The notes under the pieces: generated by a model | The model's input: the letters and a program-made list of their open reading frames with translations, nothing else | Databases searched by the model: none | Told to the model about the DNA's origin: nothing | Program-made: the position numbers and the translations under genes | Assembly (NCBI GenBank): GCA_035708745.1 | Contig: DASTFJ010000250.1 | Span: forward strand, 7,467 to 71,466 | Direction: 5' to 3' | Length of the DNA stretch: 64,000 bases | DNA from: Thermomicrobiales bacterium | Lineage (GTDB): Bacteria > Chloroflexota > Chloroflexia > Thermomicrobiales > UBA6265 | In this document: positions 29,395-39,679 of the stretch, piece by piece | Position numbering within the stretch: the first letter of the stretch is position 1 | Layout: the number at the start of each line of letters is the position of its first letter

Positions 29395-31260
29395 TTACGA
29401 ATTCGAACCAACCAGCAGAACGCCGGAGATATGCTGCAGCCCGTTTGCCTGATAAGCGACTGCCGCGATCGGCCCCGGAATCCGGGAGACCAGGAAATCC
29501 TCGAGCGCGTCCCCTCCGAAGATGGTTCCGATCAGAGAGCAGATCGCCCCCGCGGCGCCGGTTGGCTCGATCCGTGCCGGAACCGGCGTGCCGGCGGACA
29601 CGTTCTGCACCAGACACTGTGCGATCGGGTTGTCCGAACCGGCAGCCAGGGTTTCGATGAGATACGGCGCCACCTGCTGCGCAATCGAGCGGAGGTCCAC
29701 GTAGAGCAAACTGCTGTAGCTCGGAGGAAGTTCAGACAGGGCCGCCTGGTAGCTCGGATCGTCGGCCAAGGCGGTGGTCGGCTGTTGCGCCAGGGTCGAG
29801 ATACCGTCGCCCAACCCGACCATCAGCTGATCATTCACGACTCCGTATTGGATCGTTGCCGTCTGGTCGTCACTGTAGAGCGTCACGTTGTTGACGGTCT
29901 GGTCAGCCACTGAGGACGTGGTGATGCTGACACTCCCCGCGGCCGCCGATTGCAGTAACGGTCCCAGGCTCGTAGCCCCGACCGACACCCGGTCGAAATC
30001 CTCGAGCTCAGACGCCACGACCGCGGAAGACGAACCTGGGTCCTCCGTATCGATCGAAAACAGCGCCGCGCCATACGTGCCTTGCAGCTGTTCGAGCAGA
30101 TCGGTCTTGAAATTGATGCCGGTCAGCATCGCCAATACCCCGAACTGGGCATCGAGATCGGTATCGGTCATGTCGATCTCTCCGCCCCCGAGCGACGACA
30201 TCAACACGGAAAGGAGCACCTTTTCCACCTGAGTGATCAGCCAGCTGTCACCCAGATTGTTGCCCGCGAACATCGCCAGGGTCGAATCCGGGATCGATGC
30301 CGCGAAATCGGGGTTCGCCGCACCGGGAGTGGCGCGTAGCAACGTGCCGGTGACTGGCATGGAGACCGACTCGAAGCGCAATCCGGGATCGTCAGCCGAC
30401 ACGGCGAAGGCGGTCGTCCCGAATGGCGGATCGATCGACTCGGCCAGCGCGGACGAATCGAATATCCCCGCCGCCGACGCGGTCATCGTCTCGCCACCGA
30501 TATAGCCGAAGAGCAGCCGCTCGGCCGGCAGCGCCGCATTCAGCGACAGCAAATCCGCCGAATCCGCAAGCGTCGGCACATTTCCCTGGATGGCTTCGAT
30601 GAACGGCAGCATATCGTCGTGGTCGTCGCCGAGCAGGATGTAGTCACCAGCAAATACGACGACAGCCGGATTGGTCGCGAACGAGGCGGTCGATGGATCG
30701 GGATTCTTCAAGATCACGATGGATCCGACTTCCGAGCGCTCTGGAATCAGACCTTGCGTTGCTAACTGTCCGGTGTACCAGTCCTCGACGATCTGCCGGG
30801 CCGTGCTGGCTTGCCTGGGATGCAGCACGATGGCATAGCCGGGCAGCGCCGAACCGAGCAATGCATCTGAGTATTGCGAATCACCGAGATCGAGCGGGCG
30901 GAAGCCAGTCGCGCCGATGCCGACCTCGCCCTCCAGCACCTCGCGCGCGTCGTCGGGCACCAGGCTGACGAAACCGGCCAGCCGTTCGACGATGGCGGCG
31001 ACCGTGTCACCCGCGCCCGGAATGAGCACGCGCGCGGTCAACCCGGTGAGCTGAACGTATTGGTCGCTTTCGAGATCGAACTCGGTCGAAACGAATGCCT
31101 GCACGTCCGCCGGCATTGCTTCCGCCATTGGTGGCGGAGACGGCTCGGCCGCGGTTGGTGTGGAATCTTGCGCGGTCACCATGCCGGCGGTGGCGAACAT
31201 TGGCAAAACGAGCAGCAGGGTTGCGAGGAAAACGAGCGCGCGATATTGCGAACGGATCAT
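29395..31260 (-). CDS. Secreted protein, DUF3352-like
   Basis: Signal peptide; two-repeat architecture with P..T..F and L.DD..YQ.AL..LP....LLYVD segments. Confidence 0.6.
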   Translation of the reverse strand: MIRSQYRALVFLATLLLVLPMFATAGMVTAQDSTPTAAEPSPPPMAEAMPADVQAFVSTEFDLESDQYVQLTGLTARVLIPGAGDTVAAIVERLAGFVSLVPDDAREVLEGEVGIGATGFRPLDLGDSQYSDALLGSALPGYAIVLHPRQASTARQIVEDWYTGQLATQGLIPERSEVGSIVILKNPDPSTASFATNPAVVVFAGDYILLGDDHDDMLPFIEAIQGNVPTLADSADLLSLNAALPAERLLFGYIGGETMTASAAGIFDSSALAESIDPPFGTTAFAVSADDPGLRFESVSMPVTGTLLRATPGAANPDFAASIPDSTLAMFAGNNLGDSWLITQVEKVLLSVLMSSLGGGEIDMTDTDLDAQFGVLAMLTGINFKTDLLEQLQGTYGAALFSIDTEDPGSSSAVVASELEDFDRVSVGATSLGPLLQSAAAGSVSITTSSVADQTVNNVTLYSDDQTATIQYGVVNDQLMVGLGDGISTLAQQPTTALADDPSYQAALSELPPSYSSLLYVDLRSIAQQVAPYLIETLAAGSDNPIAQCLVQNVSAGTPVPARIEPTGAAGAICSLIGTIFGGDALEDFLVSRIPGPIAAVAYQANGLQHISGVLLVGSNS

Positions 31261-31309
31261 ACAGACTCCCTGACGACCGGAAGGACCGAATGTGTCGGAC
31301 TGGCGGGGT

Positions 31310-31444
31310 CTAGTCCTGCATTTTCTCGTCGACGCCGGTGGCGATGCTGAAGATGATCATGAACATCGCCGCCAGTAACCCGATCGCCACCAAAATGGCT
31401 GCGACCATGATCACCGCGGAGATCACACCCTTGACGATATCCAT
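31310..31444 (-). CDS. 44-aa single-TM small protein (below the ORF-track cutoff)
   Basis: MDIVKGVISAVIMVAAILVAIGLLAAMFMIIFSIATGVDEKMQD* with a GAAGGTGAG RBS. Confidence 0.7.
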   Translation of the reverse strand: MDIVKGVISAVIMVAAILVAIGLLAAMFMIIFSIATGVDEKMQD

Positions 31445-31560
31445 CTCACCTTCATCCATCTCTACGACGGCACGTCTGGCGCAAGTATAGGGTGGACCGC
31501 AGGCTTGGGCTGGGGGGCTCCGTTGGTCGTAGTGGAGCGCCTCACGGCCGGATATGCAGG

Positions 31561-31588
31561 CGTCCGGACCTGATTACCGGTCCGGACG
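31561..31588. terminator. Inverted repeat downstream of clpB
   Basis: CGTCCGGACC-N8-GGTCCGGACG. Confidence 0.55.
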
Positions 31589-31606
31589 TTGCGAACCTCA
31601 TCTGGT

Positions 31607-34213
31607 TCAGGCGAGCAACGGCGCTTCGGTGAGGCTCGACTTGAAGGTGAGGTGACCGCCGTCGTTATCGACCACCACTGTTTCGCCATCGTGAACCTCG
31701 CCCTTGATCACCTTGATCGAAAGTGGGTCCAGCACGTCCTTCTGGATCACGCGCTTCAGCGGACGCGCGCCGTAGACCGGATCGTATCCCTTGTTCGCAA
31801 TCAGCTCGCGCGCGCCGCTGGTCAGCTGCAGATCGATCTGCCGCTCGCGCAGTCGGTCGGCCACACTTCGTAGCTGGATCTCGACTACTTCGGCCAGCTG
31901 TTTGCGGCTGAGCGGTTTGAAGATGACGATCTCGTCGATCCGGTTCAGCAGCTCCGGTCGGAACGATGCCTGCAGCACCTCCATCACCTTGGCCCGCATC
32001 TCATCTTCATTGCCGATCAGGGACGCGATGTACTGCGAACCGAGGTTGCTGGTCATGATGACGATCGTGTTTTTGAAATCGACCGTGCGCCCCTGACCAT
32101 CGGTCAGGCGCCCATCGTCGAGCAGCTGCAACAGGACATTGAACACATCCGGATGCGCTTTTTCGATCTCGTCGAGCAGGATCACGCTGAATGGCCTGCG
32201 GCGTACGGCCTCGGTCAACTGGCCTCCTTCGTCATAGCCGACATACCCCGGAGGCGCGCCGATCAACCGGCTGACCGAATGCTTCTCCATGTACTCCGAC
32301 ATGTCGATCCGGGTCAGCGCCTGCTCATCATCGAAGAGCACTTCCGCGAGAGCCCGCGCCAGCTCTGTTTTGCCAACCCCGGTCGGTCCCAGGAAGAGAA
32401 AGCTGCCGATCGGCTTGTTCGGATCGGAGAGTCCCGCCCGTGACCGGCGGATCGCCGACGCCACCGCATCGACCGCTTCGTCCTGGCCAACCACGCGCTC
32501 GTGCAGGCGGTCTTCCAGATGGAGCAGCTTTTCGATCTCGCCTTCCATCAACCGGTTGGCCGGAATTCCGGTCCAGCGACTGACCACATCGGCAATATCC
32601 TCAGCGTCGACTTCTTCCTTGAGCAGCTTGCCGCTCGCCTGCAGGCGAGCCAGATCCGCCTCGGCCTCCTTGATCTGCGCCTGCAATTCGACCAACTTGC
32701 CGTATTGCAGCTGGGCCGCCTTGTTCAGGTCGTATTCGCGTTGCGCCTGCTCGATCTCGACTCGAGTCTGATCGAGCTGATTGCGCAGCTCCGAGATCTT
32801 CGTTAGCGCCTCGCGCTCCTGATCCCATTTGGAACGAAGCGCATCCCGGTCTTCTTCGAGACTCGCCAGCTCTCCTTCCAGCGCGGTCAGGCGTTGCCTG
32901 GTGGCTTCGTCCTTCTCCTTCTTCAATGCCTCGCGCTCGATCTCGAGCTGCATGATGCGCCGCTCGATTTCGTCGAGCTCGACCGGCATGGAGGTGATCT
33001 CCATGCGCAACCGCGAGGCGGCTTCGTCGACCAGATCGATCGCCTTGTCGGGCAGGAATCGGTCAGAAATAAAACGATTCGACAGCACCGCAGCGGAAAC
33101 CAGCGCCGAATCGAGGATCTTCACCTTGTGATGCACTTCATACCGCTCGCGCAGACCGCGCAGAATCGAAATCGTGTCTTCGACCGACGGCTCGCCGACA
33201 TAGACCGGCTGGAAGCGCCGCTCGAGCGCGGCATCCTTTTCGATATATTTGCGGTATTCATCCAATGTGGTCGCGCCGATCGCACTCAGCTCGCCGCGCG
33301 CCAGCATCGGTTTGAGCAGATTGGCCGCGTCCATCGACCCTTCGGCCGCGCCCGCCCCAATGACCGTGTGCAGCTCGTCGATGAACATGATGATCTGGCC
33401 TTCCGCCTGGGAGACCTCTTTGAGGACTGCCTTCAGGCGTTCCTCGAACTCGCCGCGGAATTTGGCGCCCGCGACCAGGGCTCCCATATCGAGCGCGATG
33501 ACGCGTTTGTCCTTCAGCCCTTCCGGTACATCGCCGCGCACGATGCGTTGGGCCAGCCCTTCGACGATGGCCGTTTTGCCAACGCCCGGCTCGCCGATCA
33601 GCACCGGATTGTTCTTGGTGCGGCGGGACAATACCTGAATGACCCGGCGAATCTCCTCGTCGCGACCGATGACGGGATCGAGCTTGCCCTGCTGGGCCAG
33701 CTTGGTCAGATCCTGCCCGTACTTCTCCAGCGACTGATATTTGTCTTCCGGATTCTGATCGGTCACTCGCTGACCGCCGCGAACCTCTTTCAACGCCTCG
33801 CGGACCTTGTCCTCGGTGACACCGTTGCGCTCCAGCAGCCGCGCGGTGTCGGACGCCTTGTTGTCGAGCATCGCCAGCAGCAAATGCTCGGTGCTGGTGT
33901 ATTCGTCGCCGAATTGTCCGGCAATGCGATTGGCGTCTTCCAGCATCTTGGCAGTCGCATTCGACAGCCGCGCCTCTGCGCTGTGTTGCAGCTTCGGCAG
34001 CGCATCGACCGCTTGATCGACCGCGATTGCAACCGTGCGCGGATCGAGTCCCATCTTGAGCAGCACCTGCGGCACTACCCCGTCGGACTGATTCAGAAGC
34101 GCCTGCAATACCGTCAATGGCTCGATTTGCGCGATGCGCAGCTCGCGCGTGCGTTGCTGCGCTTGCGCGAGGGCCTGTTGCGCTTTCTCGGTAAATCCCT
34201 GATTGATACTCAT
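31607..34213 (-). CDS. clpB: ATP-dependent disaggregase ClpB
   Basis: Two AAA modules ([16 protein letters not shown]), long coiled-coil middle domain, 868 aa. Confidence 0.97.
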   Translation of the reverse strand: MSINQGFTEKAQQALAQAQQRTRELRIAQIEPLTVLQALLNQSDGVVPQVLLKMGLDPRTVAIAVDQAVDALPKLQHSAEARLSNATAKMLEDANRIAGQFGDEYTSTEHLLLAMLDNKASDTARLLERNGVTEDKVREALKEVRGGQRVTDQNPEDKYQSLEKYGQDLTKLAQQGKLDPVIGRDEEIRRVIQVLSRRTKNNPVLIGEPGVGKTAIVEGLAQRIVRGDVPEGLKDKRVIALDMGALVAGAKFRGEFEERLKAVLKEVSQAEGQIIMFIDELHTVIGAGAAEGSMDAANLLKPMLARGELSAIGATTLDEYRKYIEKDAALERRFQPVYVGEPSVEDTISILRGLRERYEVHHKVKILDSALVSAAVLSNRFISDRFLPDKAIDLVDEAASRLRMEITSMPVELDEIERRIMQLEIEREALKKEKDEATRQRLTALEGELASLEEDRDALRSKWDQEREALTKISELRNQLDQTRVEIEQAQREYDLNKAAQLQYGKLVELQAQIKEAEADLARLQASGKLLKEEVDAEDIADVVSRWTGIPANRLMEGEIEKLLHLEDRLHERVVGQDEAVDAVASAIRRSRAGLSDPNKPIGSFLFLGPTGVGKTELARALAEVLFDDEQALTRIDMSEYMEKHSVSRLIGAPPGYVGYDEGGQLTEAVRRRPFSVILLDEIEKAHPDVFNVLLQLLDDGRLTDGQGRTVDFKNTIVIMTSNLGSQYIASLIGNEDEMRAKVMEVLQASFRPELLNRIDEIVIFKPLSRKQLAEVVEIQLRSVADRLRERQIDLQLTSGARELIANKGYDPVYGARPLKRVIQKDVLDPLSIKVIKGEVHDGETVVVDNDGGHLTFKSSLTEAPLLA

Positions 34214-34284
34214 GTCGCTTCTGTTCCCTCTACCTCGTCAAAGAAACGTCGCCTCGCGGCGACGTTTCCTGGTTTCTGTTTCCG

Positions 34285-34650
34285 CTATTCGCTCTGGTAG
34301 CCCAGCTGGCTCAGCAGCTTCGAAACCGAATCGCTGAGCTCTCGCAACGCGTCGGGCTGCACATCTTGTTCGGCCAGTCGCTCGATCCGCTCCCGAAGCA
34401 CACGCAAATCCCGCGACACTTCGAGCGCCAGCTGCACCCCAGCCAGATTCAAGCCTCGCTGTTCGACCAGATGCTTCACCTGGCGCAGCCGCTCGATATC
34501 CTGATCCGAATAAAGCCGAAGATTTGTTACCGTGCGTGATGGGGCCACGAGCCCCTCACGCTCATATTTCCGCAACGTCTGCGGGTGCATCTCCACAAGA
34601 CGCGCCGCGACGCTGATCACAAAGACTGGTTCATTGATGCGCGCAGCCAT
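34285..34650 (-). CDS. hspR: MerR-family heat-shock repressor HspR
   Basis: FVISVAA.LVEMHPQTLR.YER.GLV.PSR...RLYS and GLNLAGV; directly upstream of clpB. Confidence 0.88.
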   Translation of the reverse strand: MAARINEPVFVISVAARLVEMHPQTLRKYEREGLVAPSRTVTNLRLYSDQDIERLRQVKHLVEQRGLNLAGVQLALEVSRDLRVLRERIERLAEQDVQPDALRELSDSVSKLLSQLGYQSE

Positions 34651-34679
34651 CGCCCCTCCGTTCTGTTCTTCTGGTAGGA

Positions 34680-34709
34680 ATAATAAAGCTTGATACACTC
34701 TGTGTCAAG
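34680..34709 (-). promoter_or_regulatory. sigma70 promoter of hspR-clpB overlapped by a HAIR-like operator
   Basis: TTGACA (34703-34708), 17-bp spacer, TATTAT (34680-34685); inverted repeat CTTGACA-N7-TATCAAG (34689-34709). Confidence 0.8.
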
Positions 34710-34739
34710 GTTCGCCTTGCTCGAAAGGAGTCTCGTCCG

Positions 34740-35402
34740 GTGAAAATCTATGCGCATCGTGGATATTCGGCGGCGTTTCCTGAGAACACGCTCGCCGCCT
34801 TCCAAGGGGCCCTGGACCTCGGAGTCTTTGGCGTAGAACTGGATATCCACGCATCATCGGATGGCATCCCGGTCGTCATTCACGACGACGACCTGGGCGG
34901 CACCACCGACGGTTCCGGACCGGTTACGGCGAAATCCGCCGCCGAGCTTGCATCACTCGACGCCGGGAACGGCGAGGGCATTCCGACCCTCGAAGAGGCC
35001 GTGGCGTTGGTGGGTGGGAAGCTCCATATCGATATCGAAATCAAAGCCAAGAATTGCGAGCAGGGTGTTCTGGATGTGCTCGCTCGCTACCCGAAGACCG
35101 CCGCGGCAATCTCAGCATTCGACTGGGACGTCTTGTCGCGAATCCGCGAGCTCGATCCCGCGGCCGAACTTTGGGTGCTTGCGGACTGGATCGATCGCGA
35201 TGCCATCGCCGCAGCGCAAAAGCTGGGGGCAACGACACTTGCCATCGATCACACGTCTGTGACGGAAAGCTCGATGTCACAAGCAACGGCTGAGGGACTT
35301 CGAGTGATGGCCTGGACGGTCAACTCACAGCGAGAAGCCAATCGCCTGCGCGAGCTCGGTGTGGTCGCCATCTGCACCGACGATCCGAGCACGGTCCACT
35401 AG
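34740..35402 (+). CDS. Glycerophosphodiester phosphodiesterase family
   Basis: AHRG, PENTL, ELD, VIHD, IEIK and WTVN motifs. Confidence 0.93.
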   Translation: MKIYAHRGYSAAFPENTLAAFQGALDLGVFGVELDIHASSDGIPVVIHDDDLGGTTDGSGPVTAKSAAELASLDAGNGEGIPTLEEAVALVGGKLHIDIEIKAKNCEQGVLDVLARYPKTAAAISAFDWDVLSRIRELDPAAELWVLADWIDRDAIAAAQKLGATTLAIDHTSVTESSMSQATAEGLRVMAWTVNSQREANRLRELGVVAICTDDPSTVH

Positions 35403-35433
35403 CCCTCATTTCAACAGTCAAGCTGCTGCGATG

Positions 35434-35474
35434 AAAAAGGAGTGGGTGGTGTTAACACCACCCACTCCTCTTTT
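35434..35474. terminator. Bidirectional intrinsic terminator
   Basis: AAAAA-GGAGTGGGTGGTGTT/AACACCACCCACTCC-TCTTTT between convergent genes. Confidence 0.85.
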
Positions 35475-35495
35475 GGTCTGAATTGACGGTCGTGT

Positions 35496-36347
35496 CTAAA
35501 GACCGGCGGCCTGCGAGAGCGCGCGCTTGGTCAGGACCTTGACCAGATGAGCGCGGTACTCGGGCGAGGCATAGACATCGCCGTTGAGCTCGCCGAGATC
35601 GTCGGTAGCCAGTGCGGCAGCGGCCGCGATCGAATCGGCATCCAACGCTTTTCCGACAAGGGCGTTCTCGGCCGACGTGGCGCGCTTGGCGTGATCCGGC
35701 GCGCCAGTTACCGCGATACGGGCCGACTCGACTTTACCGTCCTTTTCCTTGACTGCCACGGCGACGCCGACCACCGCATATCCGGATGCCGGATGCGGAT
35801 GTTTCATGTACGCCTGCTTGGCGCCGGCGAAGTCATCGGGGATCGAGACGCTGGTGATGATCTCATCGGACTCCAACGAGGTCGTCAGCAGGCCGACGAA
35901 GAGATCGTCGACCGGCACCGTGCGCTCGCCCTTCGGACCCTTGGCCGTAACCGATGCGTTCAGGGCCAGCATCACAGCGGTCAAATCCGCCGCCGGGTCG
36001 TTGTGCGCCAGCGAGCCTCCGATGGTGCCGCGATTACGAACGGAGGGGTCGCCGACTTGCTTGGTCGCAGCCTGCACGACCGGAAACCCGTCCAACCCAC
36101 TCGCATCGACGATGGCTCGGTAGGTCGTCATCGCGCCGATGGTGACACCGCCGTTGATACTGACGCCGGAGAGGCCATCGATCTTGCCGATGTCGACGAT
36201 CGTGCCGGGCGCCGCCAGGCGCAGCTTCATCGCCGGAATCAGCGAATGCCCGCCGGCCAGCACTTTGGCATCCGGATCGGCCGCCAGAATGGCGATCGCC
36301 TCATCGACGCTGGACGGTCGAACGTACTCGAACTGTGTTGGATACAC
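35496..36347 (-). CDS. coxM: Molybdenum hydroxylase FAD subunit (CoxM/CutM-like)
   Basis: AGGHSL.P.MKLR and RNRGTIGGSLAH.DP..D motifs. Confidence 0.9.
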   Translation of the reverse strand: MYPTQFEYVRPSSVDEAIAILAADPDAKVLAGGHSLIPAMKLRLAAPGTIVDIGKIDGLSGVSINGGVTIGAMTTYRAIVDASGLDGFPVVQAATKQVGDPSVRNRGTIGGSLAHNDPAADLTAVMLALNASVTAKGPKGERTVPVDDLFVGLLTTSLESDEIITSVSIPDDFAGAKQAYMKHPHPASGYAVVGVAVAVKEKDGKVESARIAVTGAPDHAKRATSAENALVGKALDADSIAAAAALATDDLGELNGDVYASPEYRAHLVKVLTKRALSQAAGL

Positions 36348-36405
36348 CCCTTGCTCACCTTTCCTTGTTGGGATCGCGGGCGGTTCCGCCGCGTCCAGCA
36401 CGATG

Positions 36406-38796
36406 CTAGTTTGACTCGTTCATTGCTACCCAGATCCGCTCCGGAGTCATCGGCATCTGAATATTGTCGACCCCAAGGTGCCGGACCGCGTCGACCACCG
36501 CATTCGCCACGGCTGGTGTCGATGCGATCGTGCCGGCCTCGCCGGCGCCCTTAGCTCCCATTGGGTTGACCGGACTCGGCGTCACCGTGCTATCGAGCTC
36601 GTACCAGGGCACCTGCCTCGCCTTTGGAATCGCATAATCCGTCAGCGAACCGGTCAGGAGCTGACCGTCGTCGTCGTAGCAGGCGCCTTCATAGAGCGCC
36701 TGCGCCAGCCCCTGGGCGATACCACCGTGCAGCTGGCCGCCGACGATCAGCGGATTGATGACATTGCCGACATCGTCGACCGCGAGGTACTTGACCAGAT
36801 CGATCTCGCCCGATTCCTTGTCGACCTCGACCACGCAGACATGCGTGCCAAAGGGGAAGGTGCAATTGGGCGGATCGTAGTAGGTCGTCTCGTCCAGGAA
36901 CGGCTCCATGCCCTCCGGCAGGTCATAGGCGACATGCGCGGCCAGGGCGATCTCCTGGATCGTCTTGGCGGCATCGGGTGAACCTTTGACGAAGACCTTG
37001 CCGTCCTCGAACTCGACATCCTGTTCCGAAGCTTCCAGCATGTGCGCGCCGAGCTTCTTGACCTTGTCGATGATCTTGTCGGTGCTCTTGTAGATCGCGG
37101 TGCCTCCGACCGTCAGTGACCGGCTGCCATAGGAGCCGAAGCCGAACGGAGTCCCCAGCGAATCCGAGTGCTTGATCTGGATGTCGTCATAGGGAATACC
37201 GAGCTTATCCGAAGCAAGTTGCGCGAAGGTGGTTTCGTGCCCCTGCCCGTGCGGCAACGAGCCGGTGGTAATGACCGTCTTGCCGGTGAGCTGCACGCGG
37301 ATATTCGCGCTCTCCCAGAGTCCGGCGCCCCAGCCTTCGCCCGGTAAACCGATCCACTTGGAGGGCGCCACCCCGCAGACCTCGACATAGGATGACAAAC
37401 CGATGCCGAGAAGCTTTTGCTCACCAGCATCGATGCGTCGCTTCTGCTCGGCGCGCAGTTCCTGGTAGCCAACCTGCGCGAGCGCCTTGTCGAGGGCGCC
37501 CTCGTAGTTGCCGGAGTCGTAGGGCAACATGCCCACGCCGGTGTCGTACGGAAAGTCCTCGGGCTGGATGAAGTTCTTGCGCCGCACCTCGGCCGGATCG
37601 ACCCCGGTCGCAGCCGCCACCGCATCGCACACGCGCTCGATCACATAGGCGGCTTCAGGCCGGCCAGCGCCGCGATAGGCGTCGACCATCGCGGTGTTCG
37701 TGTACGTCGCCGTCACATCGACCCGAATATTTGGGATCTTGTAGCAGCCGGAAATCATGCGGCCATAGAGGGTCGTTGGAATCCCAGCGGCAATGGTCGA
37801 GAAATACGCGCCGATATTTGCCCAGGTTTGTACCTTTAGGGCCGTGATTTTGCCGTCTCTGGTAGCTCCGACTTCGACATCGGTGATGTGATCGCGCCCG
37901 TGCGTGGTGGAGACGTAATTCTCCATCCGGTCTTCGAAGAACTTGATCGGGCGTCCACCCAGCTTCTTCGAGATCGCCATGGTGAGCGGCATGTCGTAGT
38001 AGCAAAAAATCTTGCTGCCGAACCCGCCTCCGATATCGGGTGAGATCGTGCGAATCTTTTGCTCGGGGATGCCCATGACGAACGCAGCGATCAGCAAGCG
38101 CATGACATGCGGCGCCTGCGACGTGATCCAGAGGGTGTAATCCCCGGTGCCCGGATCGTAGCGCGCGATCGAGCCACGCGGTTCGATCGGTGTCGGGATC
38201 AACCGCTGATTGATGATGTGCAGGCTGCTCGTGACTTCGGCATCGGCCAGCGCATGATCGATGGCGTCGACATCCTTGCCGCAAGACCATTCAAGCACGA
38301 TGTTATTGGGCGCTTCCTCGTGCAACTGCGGAGCGCCCGCTTCGGCGGCTTTCTTTCCGTCGACCACCACCGGCAGCGGTTCGTAGTCGACCACCACCGC
38401 CTGGGCGGCATCTCGCGCCAGATACTGGTCTTCGGCGACGACCACCGCCACCGGGTCGCCGGCCAGATGCACCTCGTTGACCGCCAGCACTCGAGGCGTG
38501 ACAGCGTTGTTCTTGACGCCGCCCGCCTGCCATGCCGCCGGCAGCGGATTGAGATCCATGAAGTCATCGCCGGTGTATGCGGCGACTACTCCCGGCATGG
38601 CTAGCGCGGGACTCAGATCGATGCTTTTGATCTTCGCATGAGCGTATGGCGAGCGCACCAGCCCGAGATGCAACATACCGGGAAGGCGCAGATCGTCGAT
38701 GAACTGCCCGGCCCCGGAAATGAGTCGTGGATCCTCACGCCGCTTGATCGCTTTGCCGATCATCTTTTCGGGCGCGTCGATGGATGCAACCATCAC
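36406..38796 (-). CDS. coxL: Molybdenum hydroxylase large subunit (form II CoxL / xanthine dehydrogenase family)
   Basis: RREDPR, GGGFGSK, active-site loop AYRGAGR, HGQG and KGAGE. Confidence 0.9.
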   Translation of the reverse strand: MMVASIDAPEKMIGKAIKRREDPRLISGAGQFIDDLRLPGMLHLGLVRSPYAHAKIKSIDLSPALAMPGVVAAYTGDDFMDLNPLPAAWQAGGVKNNAVTPRVLAVNEVHLAGDPVAVVVAEDQYLARDAAQAVVVDYEPLPVVVDGKKAAEAGAPQLHEEAPNNIVLEWSCGKDVDAIDHALADAEVTSSLHIINQRLIPTPIEPRGSIARYDPGTGDYTLWITSQAPHVMRLLIAAFVMGIPEQKIRTISPDIGGGFGSKIFCYYDMPLTMAISKKLGGRPIKFFEDRMENYVSTTHGRDHITDVEVGATRDGKITALKVQTWANIGAYFSTIAAGIPTTLYGRMISGCYKIPNIRVDVTATYTNTAMVDAYRGAGRPEAAYVIERVCDAVAAATGVDPAEVRRKNFIQPEDFPYDTGVGMLPYDSGNYEGALDKALAQVGYQELRAEQKRRIDAGEQKLLGIGLSSYVEVCGVAPSKWIGLPGEGWGAGLWESANIRVQLTGKTVITTGSLPHGQGHETTFAQLASDKLGIPYDDIQIKHSDSLGTPFGFGSYGSRSLTVGGTAIYKSTDKIIDKVKKLGAHMLEASEQDVEFEDGKVFVKGSPDAAKTIQEIALAAHVAYDLPEGMEPFLDETTYYDPPNCTFPFGTHVCVVEVDKESGEIDLVKYLAVDDVGNVINPLIVGGQLHGGIAQGLAQALYEGACYDDDGQLLTGSLTDYAIPKARQVPWYELDSTVTPSPVNPMGAKGAGEAGTIASTPAVANAVVDAVRHLGVDNIQMPMTPERIWVAMNESN

Positions 38797-38878
38797 TCGA
38801 CCTCCTTGTCAGATACCGACCAGCGAGAGTGCGCCAGCGCCGGCGTCTCCTCGCATCGGTGCGGATTCGCCGGTCGGA

Positions 38879-39364
38879 TCAGCCCTTTTTCGCCGCGTAC
38901 TGAATCGCCTTGACGATATTCTGATAGCCGGTGCAACGGCAGAGGTTGCCCTCCAGCGCATGGCGAATCTCGGCTTCGGTCGGATCCGGGTTCGTTTCCA
39001 GGAACGCCGCCGCAGCCATGATCATGCCCGGCGTGCAATATCCACATTGCAGGCCATGCTCTTCCCAGAATCCTTCCTGCACGGGATGCAGGTGTTCTTC
39101 CGTGCCAATGCCTTCGATCGTCATGATCGTGGAACCATCGGCCTGGGCGGTGAAAACGGTGCAGCTCTTGACCGCGTTTCCGTCGAGGTGAATGGTGCAG
39201 GCGCCACACGAGCTCGTGTCACAGCCGACGTGCGTACCGGTCAGTCCCAGCGTCTCGCGAAGAAAATGGACGAGCAGCTGGCGGGGCTCGACCTCGGCGT
39301 GGTGCTCGACCCCGTTGACCGTGATATCAACCGGGACGACACTCTGCGCTACCGCTGTTGACAT
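38879..39364 (-). CDS. coxS: Molybdenum hydroxylase 2Fe-2S subunit
   Basis: [19 protein letters not shown] and GNLCRCTGY motifs. Confidence 0.93.
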   Translation of the reverse strand: MSTAVAQSVVPVDITVNGVEHHAEVEPRQLLVHFLRETLGLTGTHVGCDTSSCGACTIHLDGNAVKSCTVFTAQADGSTIMTIEGIGTEEHLHPVQEGFWEEHGLQCGYCTPGMIMAAAAFLETNPDPTEAEIRHALEGNLCRCTGYQNIVKAIQYAAKKG

Positions 39365-39679
39365 GGATGAACTGCTCCTTTCGAAATCACCGAAAACTCC
39401 GTCATCTCCGGTGTTCCTCCTACGCTCATCGCCGATGCTGCTGGTTGCCCCAGACGACTGGAGTGGCGCAAATCGCGGATTCCGCCCCGCGTTCGCCGCG
39501 AGCGAAACGACCTTCGCTCGCGCCCGCAGTATCGAGAAGTGGTGGGAGTATATCCCGCCCGCGCGCGTGAACGAAAACGCCAGAGATCATCATGAAACTT
39601 TGACTCGCCGCTGTGCTAGGCTACCGCCCAATCTGCGACCGGGGCGCGTCGCACGGCCATCTATCGCGATGAAGGCGAG

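Noticed and set aside
36406..38796. Bona fide aerobic CO dehydrogenase (form I)
   Set aside because: The active-site loop is AYRGAGR, not AYxCSFR, and the gene order is S-L-M
39365..39550. Moco riboswitch or uORF in the long coxS leader
   Set aside because: It has one strong hairpin and a short out-of-frame ORF, but I could not match the Moco-RNA consensus
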